The notes beneath the pieces were generated by a model. It did no database searches. It had not been told where the DNA came from and saw only the letters and a program-made list of their open reading frames with translations. Shown here piece by piece: positions 49,220 through 64,000 of a DNA stretch of 64,000 nt. The DNA is taken from assembly GCF_009914755.1 (NCBI RefSeq), contig NC_060927.1; one strand, written 5' to 3'. Positions within the stretch are counted from its first letter, which is position 1, and every line of letters begins with the position of its first letter. The stretch comes from the human T2T-CHM13v2.0 reference genome, Homo sapiens. A program made the position numbers and the translations under genes.

Positions 49220-49850
49220 CACTGAACGTGTGTCCATCCCCTCAGGGTGTGTACAGTGTGTAGATATGAACACAAGCTGCTAGAGCGATTTTGCCATCTC
49301 AAGGAAAGCTGGCCGTAAGTGGAAGCAGATGCTACTGAAGGCAGAGCAAGACAGAAACAAATATGGGTCCTGGATGATATCGTCGAGTTGCTGAGGCAAC
49401 CAACCCTGATGCCTGTCATAATACTCCAGTTATAGAAGTCAAGATATGCCCTTATTGTTTAAGCCAATTTGTGTTGCATTTTGTGGAAGATGCAAAGATA
49501 CGCTGCCCAGATTCCCTTTCAAGGAAGCACTTGCTGCCCAGGTGCAGGGAATGCGGTTAGCAGGCAGCCCCCAGCTATTTTCTTCAGGGTCTGCTTCTGC
49601 TGCAGAAGGCCACCTTGCTTGAGATTACACCCTTTCTAGGGCAGACAGCATCTAGCATAAGGGGCTGGCTATTTTAGCCTGACAACGATACTCTTGATGG
49701 GCAATACTTACTCTAAAGCTCCCTCCCAGGATGGCTGAGGATTTGCTGGACCTGAATAGCAGTTCAACTACTTCCTCTGAACAATCCTGCTTCCACTCCA
49801 TTCCTAACAAAAATCTTCTCATCTCCAATCTGGAATACTCAATCTGTGAC
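49220..49850. mobile_element. Old MaLR/ERVL LTR fragments
   Basis: MLT1-like TTGTTTAAGCCA end followed by LTR16-like sequence. Confidence 0.45.
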
Positions 49851-50480
49851 AAGTTTTCTGTAACATCAGGCAAAAACATCCTGAGATTCAGTGGGCTAGT
49901 TTGAATTCAATCTTGTCTATAGAAAGAGAAATGCACTCATGATCTCTTATTTTTGACTTTGTGTTAAGGAAGATTTCCAGCATGCACAAAAAGAGAGACA
50001 AGAATATAATGAAACAACAATATCAATATATGACCAATAGTTATCATCTGATACCCTCGTGTATTATTTTAAAATAAGTCCTAGACATATTATTCCATCC
50101 AAAAATACCATAGTGCACCAATGTTTACTTTGAGATGCAATACAATGTCTTCTTCTCCGTTCTCCTCCTAATCCAACTCCTCTTTATGTTATCTCATCTT
50201 TTCTTCCTCTTTCCACCACCATAGCTTTAAAAAGAGGAACTGTTTTAATAGAAGGGGCAGGGGTGGCAGTAGTAAGGGATAGATGGCCCAGAACAAATAC
50301 TGGAATCCTTTCATTCATTCAACATTCAACATTCATTCATTCAACATTCTAGAGAGTATCCTCTCTCAAAGTCTTGGGATACTCAATCATCACTAGTATA
50401 GGCAGTTGTTCAGATAGGTGGTACTGGACAATGACGTTTTTGTTTAGCCAGAAGGAAGCAAGGAAAAGAGTCCCTTAACA

Positions 50481-50498
50481 CCTGCCATCTAGTGGTCA
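50481..50498 (-). promoter_or_regulatory. CTCF motif TGACCACTAGATGGCAGG
   Basis: Matches the core consensus CCASYAGRKGGCR. Confidence 0.6.
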
Positions 50499-52299
50499 CA
50501 GTGATAAGTAACATGCATGTTTTCTACTAAACAGATTAATACATGGTTTGTTCTATGGAACAAACAGGAAATTAAGGCCAGAGGGGTAAAGTGATTTAAG
50601 GTCATATGGCTAGTTAATAGCAGGGCTTGGCATAGAACCCAAACAAGTTGACTTTAAGACCTGCGTAAATTGTGATTGTTTGAAACGTAAATATGTCATT
50701 CAAATGATTTTAAATTTGATTAAAGTATCATCCTGTTTTGTATTTAGTTGTATTAAGTTATAGTATATTAGTATCAAAGGAGAAAAAGTGCCATTGGTTG
50801 AATGAGGGAACAAGATGGGCCTATGAGATAATATTAACATTGAATTATTTTCCATTACATGGTCCCACTACCAACATTTCCATAATAATAATAATAATAA
50901 TGCCTATGCTAGCTCTGTCATATTCCTAAACAAAGGTTGAATAGTTATTAAGAGAAATTGCTTCCAATTAAACTAAATGCAATTATGCCACATCATTGAC
51001 CGTACATTCAGAGTCTATGTTACCTTCTGGAGTTTGTTGGATCTGTTACTTATTCCTGTCCAGCCAGTTAAAATTGAAGGTAGAGCTCACAGGAGCTGAT
51101 ACTTTACTCTTTATTTCTGGGTAAATATAAGAAGTTTGCCAGGGGAACGGAAATACTGTGTTTCAAATGAATGCAATGGCCACACCAAACATTCAGATGT
51201 TCATCACAATTAGGCGGCATCTAGGTTACATTGCCCTTGTCTCTCCAGGACTGGGATTTTCCTAATCCTTTTCACTTGAGAGGGAAGGATTTAAAAGTGA
51301 ATCTACCCTTACCTTATTAACATTTTGAGGCAGATTTTGGGAATGGGAGAGGTGGCAAGCATTTTGAGACTCTACTTTTGGTGCTAGCATTGAAACTCAT
51401 TGTGTGACATTTAGACGCTTCTTTGGATCCAATTTTCCTTACCTGTAACAGCAAGAGGTTGACTAAGTGATTGCCTCTAAAAGTTCCTTTCAGTTCTGTC
51501 ATTCTGCGAAATTTTTGGGCAAAGATAAATCTTCAGCTCAGCTGGTCCCTTCTGCTTTTTCCTGGGTTGACTTCCTTCCTCCCACTATCATTTATTGAGT
51601 ATCTCCACGTTCTTGAGGGTAGGGCCTGGGTTTTATTCAACTTTCCCCCATTAACTAGCACAATAACTAAGCAGGTTATTTCCAGCAGGGTTAAAGTTGT
51701 TTTCTATATAAGATTCCAACTTTGTCTGGAGGGGCTCACAGTTCCGAAGAGGGTGCCAGGCATCATCAATTAATTAAAAGCCGAGTATCCATAAACATAA
51801 AAAAAAGTAGGGGGGACATAAAGGGTAGCAGGAAATCTGGTTCCAGTTGTCCTTAAGCACAGGTATGTTCCAACAGGGAATAAGAGTGCATAGTAGTGCA
51901 AAAAGTAATGGTTAACACTCATCGAATGCTTTCAATATGCCAGTGCTTTCCACGTATTATCTCAAGTAATACAATCGTCCTATTTTCTAGGTACTAGTAT
52001 TATGTTTCACACTTGAAGTGGGCACAGAGAGGTTAAGTATCATGCCCAGGTAACACTGTTAGAAGTGAGAGGCAGCACTTGAAACCAGATAGCACAACCT
52101 CACTGCCTGCACTCTTAGCACTCCACTAGGTAGATAAATAAGAAAAATCATAGTAACAATCATGATTTCTCCAAGAGGCCAGGTGAATTTGACCAGTGAT
52201 GAGTCCAAGCTACAGAAGGAGCAGAGGGAAGTGGCTGCCGAAAAGAAGGCTAAAGAAGTTTGCAAAAAGATAACATGCACTTTTCCAGGCTAGATACAC

Positions 52300-52700
52300 A
52301 GGCGGAGAAGCAAACCGGCGAAATAAAATCCGACAAGCAAGATCTGGAGCGCATCAGGATGCCAGGTGAACTCAAAGACAGGTCGGAAGTGACGTCACTA
52401 GCCGAGTCGGGCGCTCAGCGGGACTGCGGGTCCGGTGGAATTCCGGCCGGACGTGGCGCACAGGAAGTTACGCACGGGAGGCGGTACCTGGTTGTGGAGG
52501 GTGACGCCATGGGTGGGGCGGAGCGTCTGGGATGCGCTGGGAGCCTAGGATCCCCGACAGGTAACCTGCGGGCGGATCTGAACGGGGGGCGAGGGTGGCA
52601 GCTGGAGTTGATGGCCTAGATCGCTCGGGGCCCTAAGCGCGGGTGGACACAGGTTAGGTAATGGACAGCATTAGGTGGCGGCTGAAGAAAAGGCTCCTTG
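52300..52700 (+). promoter_or_regulatory. CpG-island promoter, probably the distal MAP3K13 promoter
   Basis: CpG-rich. CGGAAGTGACGTCAC (ETS+CRE) at 52384-52398, second ETS core CAGGAAGT at 52461, donor CAG|GTAACC at 52560/52561. Confidence 0.8.
52470..52560 (+). other. MAP3K13: Putative first 5'UTR exon (start approximate)
   Basis: Ends at a strong donor GACAG|GTAACC. Gene identity is inferred from the known head-to-head neighbour of EHHADH, not from coding sequence. Confidence 0.6.
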
Positions 52701-53410
52701 GCATTAGACTCTCTGAGGGGTTGAGGATATGGAGAACTCTTGGGAACTTGGTCTTGGGGCCCGAAGTCGTCGAGGAAATACAGACAGGTTGAGTCTTCTA
52801 GGAATCAGACATGGCTGGGGGTCATGGGTTTCCGATCACTGGCGCTTATGTTGGAGAGACGGAGCCTGGGGCACTGAGATGAGTTGACCTAGGGTTCACC
52901 TACCCCGACCTGTTCTGCTAATAGGGGACAGGGACCTCGACTTTTTGTCTCTTAACTCGTAGCATAGTGCCTTGCGACAAGTAGGCATGCTTTAGATGTT
53001 GTCGAAGGAATGAATGAATGAATGAATGAATGAACCAACCAACCTGTTTCTGGCTTCCCGGCAGAACCTCTCCCAAATTTCAGTATTCTAACCTCTGAAT
53101 GTAGAAATGACTCCAGTTTAGTTTGCTAACCAGGGGTTTATGAGGATGCTGGTGCAGGAGATACCCAGTACATTGTTGGTTTTTGTTAGTTTTGTTTTTT
53201 ATGGTTATTGAAATTCAGAAATGTGTCTTAGTATTCTTATCCGGGTGGAGAGGATGAGTCATTTACTTTGGCTTCTTTCAGGTTCCTTTACTTTTCTGGG
53301 AAGAACTTGTAGGGAAATGATACCAGGGAGGAGTTGGACCGTTGTAAATAAACTGCTGTTGTAGCACTGACTGTTCTTAATGCTTTCTTTTAAGCAAAGT
53401 AAACTTACTT

Positions 53411-53670
53411 TCCTTTTTCTTTCTTTCTTTCTTTTTTTTTTTTTTTTTTTCTGAGACGGAGTCTCGCTCTGTCGCCAGGCTGAAGTACAGTGGCGATCTC
53501 GGCTCACTGCAACCTCCGACCCCCTGGTTCAAGTGATTCTCCTCCCTCAGCCTCCCGAGTAGCTGGGATTACAGGCACGCGCCACCACCCCCAGCTAATT
53601 TTTGTATTTTTAGTAGAGCCTCGGCCTCCCAAAGTGCTGGGATTACGGGCGTGAACCACTACGCGCGGCC
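53411..53670 (-). mobile_element. Alu with an internal left-arm deletion
   Basis: TTAGTAGAG is joined directly to CCTCGGC. Confidence 0.85.
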
Positions 53671-53884
53671 ACTTTCCTTTTTCTTAATGTTTTCTTCCTT
53701 ATCTTATAAGTAAGTGTACTACTTACATTTGAGATGTGAGAATTTTAACTCACTAAAAATATGTTATAATTGAGAATATATCTTATATTTTCCATTATAA
53801 AAATGAAAATAGTAATTTATAAAAATCCAGAGATTACAGCTGGTGTTTATAAGTAAGGTTAACTCCTTCTGAACAGTTGTATTA

Positions 53885-54300
<416 letters not shown>

Positions 54301-55057
54301 AAATTAATTTTAAAAATGTGATAAAAAGTGGGCAGGGACCTAAAAAACAACTACTGTAACCAGATTGGTTTTGGTTGTCAAATGGAAAAAAAGTGCAGAT
54401 GAGACTGTCGTCAGGCTATGTAATGAAATCTTGGCATGAATTACTACCTAGTCCAGTGAGGTGAATGTTGATGGGCTACATAATGAGATAGCAGCTCTGG
54501 TTTCAGAATCTTACTGTTAGATGGGGTATAGTGGGGTAGGAAACCCTGAATTTATGTCATACGGGTGTGTGTGTGTGTGTGTGTGTTTTACAAAGATGAA
54601 ACTCGTAAGCATTTTTTAGATGTAAAAATCTAAGATGTTCTTAAAATAGGCTGAAAACTCCAAAAAGTTGACATGTAAATATATTATTGCACTATTTAAA
54701 TTTTAAGTTTACATACCCTTAAACCTTGTGTTCCCGATTTCTGGAAAGTGCCCAGAATCATGCCCATTTGTGTATACTGTTACCGTGGTGCCACCCTTAG
54801 AATACATAAAATTATGGTACAAAGTCATGTTTTGAGATCCTGTAGATTTATGTTAATATTATTGTCTTACTTAAAAATGCAGTCTAATTTTGCTACCTCA
54901 GTCTCCTGTTCAGTGTCAATCTGCTGTTCAATGTGATGTCCACTAAATTTTGGACATCTAAATGTCTGTGTAGTATAACTTTTATTCATAATGAGTTGGT
55001 ATCTCAGTGGTACCTTAGGTCTGTACATTGACATTCTTGAGGTTTTTAGTTTTGCAG

Positions 55058-55176
55058 AACACTGAAATCTATGGACTCTAAAATGGACTTCATTTAAAGA
55101 AACCCACGGACCATTAATGGACAAAAACATGAGTCAATATGTATTGTGGCATTCAAATCCTAGCACTCTGGGAGAG
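55058..55176 (+). other. MAP3K13: Putative second 5'UTR exon, 119 nt
   Basis: Acceptor TTTTTAGTTTTGCAG|A and consensus donor GAG|GTAAGT in non-repetitive sequence. Confidence 0.65.
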
Positions 55177-57298
55177 GTAAGTAGTTGACTGTGTTTTATG
55201 TTTGGTGAGATGGTAGACCAATCTTAAATTTGCCTAGGAAATTATAGGATTGTAATTGAAAAGTACAGTTCTTAATCTCTTTATGTTTTAATCAGGACCT
55301 TCCAAAGAGAGGTTTGTTTTGTATATATGAAGCAATTGTTCTTATTTTCCTGTAAAGTTGATAAGAAATTTAAGATTGGCAAGCTATATTTATATTGTTC
55401 CTGGAAGGCTACTGCTCTGCTTTCTTTTTTTAGGGGGGAGCTTCCTTTCAACACTTTACATCCGGGTAGAAATAATTTAATCTGTGGATCCCGTGTAGAA
55501 ATGAGGCCTCAAATAGTCATTTAAATTATCTTGCATCCAAGTTTCGCTGTGTAATAGTATATGTATCAAATCTACTGATTAGTTTTATCTTGTGCCTCAG
55601 GTTTAAGCAAGAAAAGAGGCCAAAAAATGTCTTCGTTTCTTTATTCTGCCTTATTTATACTATTTTATTTTTTCTTTCTTCTTCTTTTAAAAAAAATTTG
55701 TTAGGTGGTTGATTCTCCAGGCCTTTTATCTTTCTGTCTCAAGGGGGCAAAATTTCTTTTCTCCCATTTTGCCTTTTTTAATTGATCAGTTTGTTCATTT
55801 TCAGAACCTAAACTTCTAACTTTATGATAATATTTGTCACCTTTTAATCACTAAACATTAAACTTACAGGTTTTTGCTGGTCTCCTTTGTAGATACACTG
55901 GTTTCTTGTTTAGAATTTGTTTAATTCTATAGCAGGCAGTACTTCTAGGAATTCATCTTTCAGATCTATTTGGCCTTACACACAGAAATTTGCATACAAA
56001 GATTTTTTTCACCATATTGTTTGAAATTAAAAAAAAAAAAAATCAACCTGCTAGAAATAGCCTGTGCTTCAACAGAGGTCTAGTTAAATGACTGCCTTTA
56101 TACAGAGTAATACTTTGCAGCTCTTAGGATAAAGTAGGTGCAGAGATGCAGATATGGAAAAATCTCTAATATACCTTATTAACTGGGAAAACAATAAAAA
56201 GAACTTTACATATAGTATGTTTTCATTTGTGTTTATATAGAGCATACATTTATATACATACATACAAAACTTCTTCAAACCAGTGTAAGGAATTATTGAC
56301 AGATTACCCTGGGGAATGAGACTAGAGGCCTAGAGTAGGAAGAAGAGACTTACATCTCACATTTTTTCCATATACTATTTCTGCTGGGTTGATTTTTTTT
56401 TTTTACTATGAGCATGTTTGTATTTTCATAATGCTAGGAAACAAACAGCAAGGCTTTAGGATAATTTAACAATTATGAGAGCCTTTTACTATTCCCTTAT
56501 GACTTTCTGTTCTTATAATACTTGGACTATTTAGAAGAAGTAGGGTTACACAAATGAGTTAAGTTTTTTTCAGAGCTGCAATCTATTCCAGTCCATTGTA
56601 ATATATTTTAAACCTTGACGTTAGATTGTTACTATTAAGATCTTAAGAATACTCAGTGCTTAGTCTTGCTGAATTCAGTATTCATTTACAGTATATTGCA
56701 TGTTGCTGACCTGACCAGGTGATACCGTGGGTGTTACCTTTGTTTGCAAGCTAGGTTAGTATTGCAGTGGCATAGTTCTGAACTTCACAGTATTACTGAA
56801 TAGGATGAACTTTGTTTTATTTGAATTGCTATTTAGGGACTTTTTAAACAACTCTTATTATTTTACTTTGTTCTTGATGTTTAGAACTGGCTTAAGGCAT
56901 TTCGAAGAATAGCTTGTTCTGTTAGTAAAATCAGCAAACCAGAAAAATAATTTATATAATTGGCAATCTCATTTTGTATTACTTTGAATTGGCTGATTAT
57001 CTGCCTTGGGAATGCAGCAGAAAATTCTGGTGACTTTTACTTCGATAATCATTTTTGTCTTCCCACACTTTTATTGTAGGATATTTGGAGTAGTAGTAAT
57101 AGATAAGTAAAATTAATTATATGAAAATTTAAATAATAATCTTTATTTTTTAATAGAGATTTTATTAGAAACTTGCTTGAGAATAGGCTTTATAAGATAC
57201 ATACCTATATGATACCACTTATTGTGTGTCTGTTAAAATTAATAATGAAGGCTGCTAACTAGGGGTTGAGTCATGATTAGTAGAATAAAAGAAGTTAT

Positions 57299-57622
<324 letters not shown>

Positions 57623-57839
57623 TCACTATCATCATGAAGGGGAAATCAGTGAGTGGGATGCCTAGATTAAGACTCCTTATTCTTGCTAAGTGAATGGATA
57701 GCAATGAATTGAATCCAAGGACAGATTCTTTTCCTAAATCAAGAGGATAGAATATGGTAAAGGTGACATGGAAAGAAAGGAGATGAACCTGAATGTAAAA
57801 GTTACATGTAGAAAACACAGAAATGAGGAAAGCTGCTTC

Positions 57840-58053
57840 TGTATGTGTGTGTATATATGTGTGTACATAGATACATAGTATATTATACCTACATCTATGT
57901 ATATTACATACATATATATGTTCCAGAAATATATATATTTATATAGAGAGAATATATATATTCCAGAAAAATATATATAATTTATATAGAGAGAATATAT
58001 ATATTCCAGAAATATATGTGTGTGTATATATATAGAGAGAGAAAAAGAGAATA

Positions 58054-58084
<31 letters not shown>

Positions 58085-58095
58085 TCCAGAAAACC
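57840..58095. repeat. Compound (TA)/(TG)/(GA) microsatellite with four TTCCAGAAA spacers
   Basis: Directly visible. Confidence 0.85.
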
Positions 58096-60129
58096 AGATA
58101 GGAAGTTATTGAGTTAGTCAATGAGAAAAAATAAATAAATAAATAAGTGCATTAAGGCCTTAGAGCTGGGCCTGTCATAGGCTAATTGATGATTTTGCGA
58201 GTAGCTTAAATAATTTTCGAAGTTTTAAGATTATTCACAGAGTCGAAATGACAGGAAGGCAGACCTAAGCCTAAGTGAGAAAATTAAAATGTAGCAACAT
58301 AAATTATTATGTTAACCATATCTTTTGAGATTCTGTTTTGTGTTGTTTTGGGGAGGGCAGAAAGAAGAGAGAACTCAAAAATTTATTGCTGTTCAATTTG
58401 AATTGAACTAGAACATAAGTCTTTCCTAGCATTCCAATTGTTTATGATCAAGATTAACCAAGATTAAACAGATCACTTTAACCTGTAAAACATTAATACA
58501 CAAAAACAGATTTGATTACCTTGCAGAACAGGAGAACTGTTTTTACTCAACGTTTTGATCCTATAAAAGGGTAATTGTGATGATCTAGATTGAGGGGACT
58601 GGGAATTTTTAGAAGACTTTGGAAGGGTTGGAGAAACTCCATAGGAAGTATGCTTGTTCTCTGTTATTTGAGGCCAAATTTCATTCAAAATAAGAGAAAG
58701 TATAGAACTATTAATAGTTAGCAGTGAAGCAGACTGTGTTGAGAGGCAGTGAACTCCTGGTAATTAGGGTTGCTTAAGCAGAATTTGAACATCAGGAACA
58801 TTGTAGAGGGAATTTTTCATTGTATGGGAGAGTGTACTAGATTATTCCGGAGGCCTCTTTCAAATCCTAAAAACTTTTTTATAGTGTAATAAAGTGATTT
58901 ATTGTCGATGGGTTTAATCTCTTATTCCTATATTTAAATACTGATAGCTAACATATCCACTGGTCACTTATCCACCAACCTTACCTCACCCATAACCAGG
59001 ACATAAATTTTAAATTACTTGAACTTCAAATTATAAGACATAAAATTAACATGCTTTTCTCAGGTCCTTACTCAGTTTACTTTTATTTTAGACACAATTC
59101 TGATAGGCTTAATTAGCTGGCATCTAACTCCATGAGATATTAGAAGTAACAAACCATGAAGAGTCCAGGTGCTTCTATTAGAGGCAAAGAAAAAAAGAAA
59201 AAACCATAAAGCAGACCAGCTAATTTAAAATTGTAGCAACCTGAGTCCTTTTGATAAGATGAAAACAGCTCTATATTAATGGATATTCAATATGATAACC
59301 CTGACTGAACAGAAATAATTTATGTTTGGTATTTTCTATTGAAGAAAGGAAGAATACCTGAATTTTAGAAAGATCTCTTCAGTGTGTTTAATAACAAAAG
59401 ACAGTCGGACAGATATTTTGGCATTTGGAGAGGCTGCGTTGTATAGTGGAAAGAGCGCAAACTCTAGAGTAATACAGACAGATTTGAATCTGGGCTCCAG
59501 TCTATTAATTAAGTTTTATTATTCATTTCAAGCCTCAATTTCCTCAACTGTAAAAAGGAATTTGCTGAAGGTTAATGTATATAAAGGCTTGCCTAAGTAA
59601 AAATAGCTATTATTATTATTTCATTATTACCATAAAGCTTACTTTATCTTGAATAACGTTTTTTTTGGCTATTCAAGTAGAGCAAGAACAAACTTATCTA
59701 ATAGTTTTAGCGTAAGTTCAATATATATAATGCCAATAATGGTGATGGCATGCTTGAAAAAACTTTAAAAAAATTATACAAGTAATTCATATCCACTTTA
59801 CAAAAATTAGGTTATAGAAAATATACCTAAGCAAAAAAAGGAGTAAAGTTGTCAGAATCCTTTATCACTATAATATTTTAGTGCGTGCTTCATTTTTAAA
59901 CTGCTTTGACATTCCCACAGGGTGTCACTTCTGAGCAGTGACTGCTGAAATGGATTCTATATTACTCCTGTTGGGGAATTTACATTAGTCACTGTGCTTT
60001 CTAATCATAACATGAAGTGAAAGATTGTGACATGGCACAATGCTGATTAAGATAAAGCCCGGGTCCTGGTAAATTCTGTTGTATTGAAACCAATTTTGTA
60101 GAGTGGTGGGTGTTGCTTTCTGTTCTGGA

Positions 60130-60360
60130 GCCAGAGAGCCCAAGTTTGAATCCTGTCTCTACTATTTACCAGCTCGGTAATTACCTGAATTTCTTAATTT
60201 TTTTGTACTTCAGTTTCTTTATCTGTAAATAGGAGACATTAGTAGTATCTAATTCATGGACTGTTGTGAGGATTAAAGGAATTAATCTACATAAAGTGTC
60301 TAGAGCAGTGCCTGGCACAAAGTATAGATTCAGTAAATATTAGCTGCTATTATTATTAGT
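60130..60360 (+). mobile_element. MIR (other MIR fragments at ~6400-6610, 17480-17680, 51910-52120, 59420-59620, 61920-62150)
   Basis: CTTCAGTTTCTTTATCTGTAAA...GTTGTGAGGATTAAA core. Confidence 0.7.
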
Positions 60361-61529
60361 TTTTAGGCAGGTTTATACAAGCATATAAGATAAACAGAAT
60401 GAGCACAAAATTAAGTCAGTGAGATTAAAAACCTCTTCTGAAAAAGAGAAGGGAGAGGTATGGAACAGAGGCTAGTATACCCTGAGGGACAGAGGCCTCT
60501 GATAATTATTTACTGTGCTGAAATTTCAGAGGGCTATAACCTGTCTTTTGTTGCATCATGCACATGTTTACAATATTTTTACTATGTTTTTCATTTGAAC
60601 CTTGCAAAGGGATCTGAATTTTTCTATTTGAAGGCATTGTTTCTTTTTCTCCCTGTTTAAATATTACAATATTTTTGAACCATAATACTTCCACATCAGT
60701 TTATTTCCCTACCCCACAAAGTGAACATCATTTTATGCTATCTCTTCCAACAAGCATTTTGGCTATGCTTTCAGAGATCAAAAGCTCTTTAAGACAATTT
60801 GATATCATGGATAGAGATCAAAGACATACAATAAATTATCATCAAATCAGTGTATCTGACTACAGCCCCAGGGAGATTCTGTAAGAACTTTAAATTCTGT
60901 TGCAATTTTCAGTGAAGGGTATTAATCAAAGAGATAAGCCAATGAACATATTCAGCCATTTTGTCTACTGTACCTTTTCAAAAAAATTTTTTTCCTTTTC
61001 TTTGTTTTTGATTTTCTCCTTTTGTTCTTTCAGCATGGTATCTAGTAATCTGATTAATTACTGACCCAAAAGTAGTTTTTAATTTCCCTTAAAAAAATTA
61101 TTAGACTTGTAGTAGAATTTTTTTGTGTTTTGTTTTGTTTTCAAGCATCAAGTACCACGTTTTTGAAGACCATGGCCTATCATCATTATGCATTCAAGAT
61201 TTGAGTTTGAATAACCTCATCAAGACTTAGATCTTCTTCAGAAGCTTCAAGTCTCATCTGCATTAAAGCTCTCCATTGAACCCTCTCACAAAAGTACAAG
61301 CTTAAAGGGGCTAAAATCCATTAATACATTCCATTTTATATCCCTTCCTCTGACTTCTCTTCAATTTCCTTGGCCTCTAGGGTCCTTCATATTGCTTACG
61401 TTCCTTTAGACTAGAGCCAAGGAGACAGTGCTTTCCAAAAAAAAAAAAAAAAAAATGTGTTCTGTGGCCATAAGTTTTCATTGATAGAGAAGCATAAATT
61501 TGGTGAATTTAGAATTAGGTCTTTTATCA

Positions 61530-61856
<327 letters not shown>

Positions 61857-62611
61857 TTAACAATAAGGAAATGAGGATGAAGCGGTAAAAATGTTTTGGG
61901 TTACATTATACTCTCAGAAGCTATGTGGTTTAGAGAAAAGGGCCCCCAACCACAAAAGTTAGTGGTTCTTATTCTGTCTGCTTCGTACTAGGTATATGGT
62001 AACTGAGAAAGTCACTTAACCTCTCTGAACCTTAACTTCGTCATCTATAAAGTGAATCTAACATTTTCCCCCCGGCCTACCTCACAGGGTTGTTGTGAGG
62101 ATCAAATGAAATAATGTACATGAAAAGACATATATAAAATGTATAATACAGACAAAGGGTCCTGTTACACAGTTGGAAGTCATTCCCTCAGATTTTGGGC
62201 CTAGGAAGGTAGGTGATTTAAACTCACTGAAAGCATGTACCATGTCCAGGTTGGATACATGGCAACAAGGCTATGTTAAATTTTTTTTCTCTGAGTTGAG
62301 TCCCTAAAATACTATCATGGGCTAATTCTAAGAAGGAGCACGAATATATATTCCCCTAAAATTATAGCTTAGCATTGTCAATGCTTTAGAGCAGTTATGG
62401 GAGTTATAGATTATAACATATTAGTGATTTGTGAAACTTTTTTACTAAAATGTGACCCTCATTTTTCTTTACATGAAAGAACATAGAATATTTCACAATG
62501 CATCCCACGTGGTAAGAATAAAAAATTGTTTTAGTTATATGTACAAATGTGTGTGTGTGAACGTGTGTGTACTTGGTCATTAAATAAAATGTACTTTTTT
62601 TTTTCCTGTGA

Positions 62612-63290
<679 letters not shown>

Positions 63291-64000
63291 TAATGCCTTC
63301 CTACACATTTGGATTCCTAGGAGACTCAGCATTTTTTTTCACTTTATGCTACTACTCGTGACAAAGAATTTAATATCAATTTGACTTATGGTGTAATTGA
63401 AATATTTTTTATTTTGTAGCACAGAGAAAGCCTATATGCCTTATGGATATTTAATATTTTAATATCTATTCTGATAATAGCATTTAAAAGGTTGCTTCAA
63501 CCTCTACTAGCAGAAGGATTGTGTCAAATATTTTGCTTTTTAATTTTTTTTTACTTGTATCTTTCTGGCCTAATGGCAAACAAAACCCTCCTTTTAGCAT
63601 TACTTGAGGACTAAGTAGAGAGAGGCTATCGAGAATGTAGTTAGCATGACTGGGAATTTGATGGTCTCTGGAAAAGAAAATGCCATTTCTTTTCTTTCTC
63701 TGAGTAACTAGGTTTATCTTTAGTTTAATGATTTAAGATAAATAAGTCACTGACATTAACTTGTTCAACTGTTACTCCTAAAAATAGATATCTCCCTCTT
63801 TGATGATAGCATTGGTTAGGTTAGCATAGGTGACTTTATTATAGTGTCCGTGAACAATAGGGCATGGTTGTGCTTTCCAATTCATTGATGAAGAACTAAT
63901 TTTTTAGTGCTTTAGTGTACTGAAATGCTGTCTTTAGTGCCCTGGAATTACTTATTTAAACTGTGATAGAAGGTTGTACAAGGTATTACTTTTCTCTGCT

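Noticed and set aside
52260-52619. 119-aa ORF across the second CpG island
   Set aside because: It runs through promoter motifs and a strong splice donor and has no recognisable homology.
57920-58092. Repeated TTCCAGAA as heat-shock or STAT elements
   Set aside because: Only two-unit motifs produced by microsatellite slippage, and the spacing is wrong for a GAS site.
62228-62265. Cluster of CATG cores resembling a p53 site or hairpin
   Set aside because: Half-site spacing and flanks do not fit RRRCWWGYYY x2, and the stem is short and imperfect.

Overview
Primate, almost certainly human, genomic DNA; the gene content matches chr3q27. The left part holds the 5' end of EHHADH (peroxisomal L-bifunctional enzyme) on the minus strand: a CpG-island promoter and coding exons 1-3 (74+104+173 nt, all GT-AG, frame-consistent, 117 codons). 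The introns carry the MIR5588 hairpin, a full-length EIF2S2 processed pseudogene with a 13-bp target-site duplication (TSD), an 81-bp x10 tandem array and nested L1s. Positions 24-50 kb are a dense ERV1/L1/Alu/Tigger1 mosaic that includes a HERV-W solo LTR17 inside an Alu, a 3'-truncated RPLP1 pseudogene and a ~183-bp local templated duplication. At 52.4 kb a second CpG-island promoter faces away from EHHADH (plus strand; ETS-CRE composite, CTCF motif 2 kb upstream), followed by two 5'-leader exons rich in upstream ORFs, most likely the distal MAP3K13 leader. Most ORFs in the supplied track are Alu/L1/LTR artefacts. I see no convincing new biological system; the findings are structural and regulatory oddities. 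Repeat subfamily names are from memory and repeat boundaries are approximate unless a TSD is cited.
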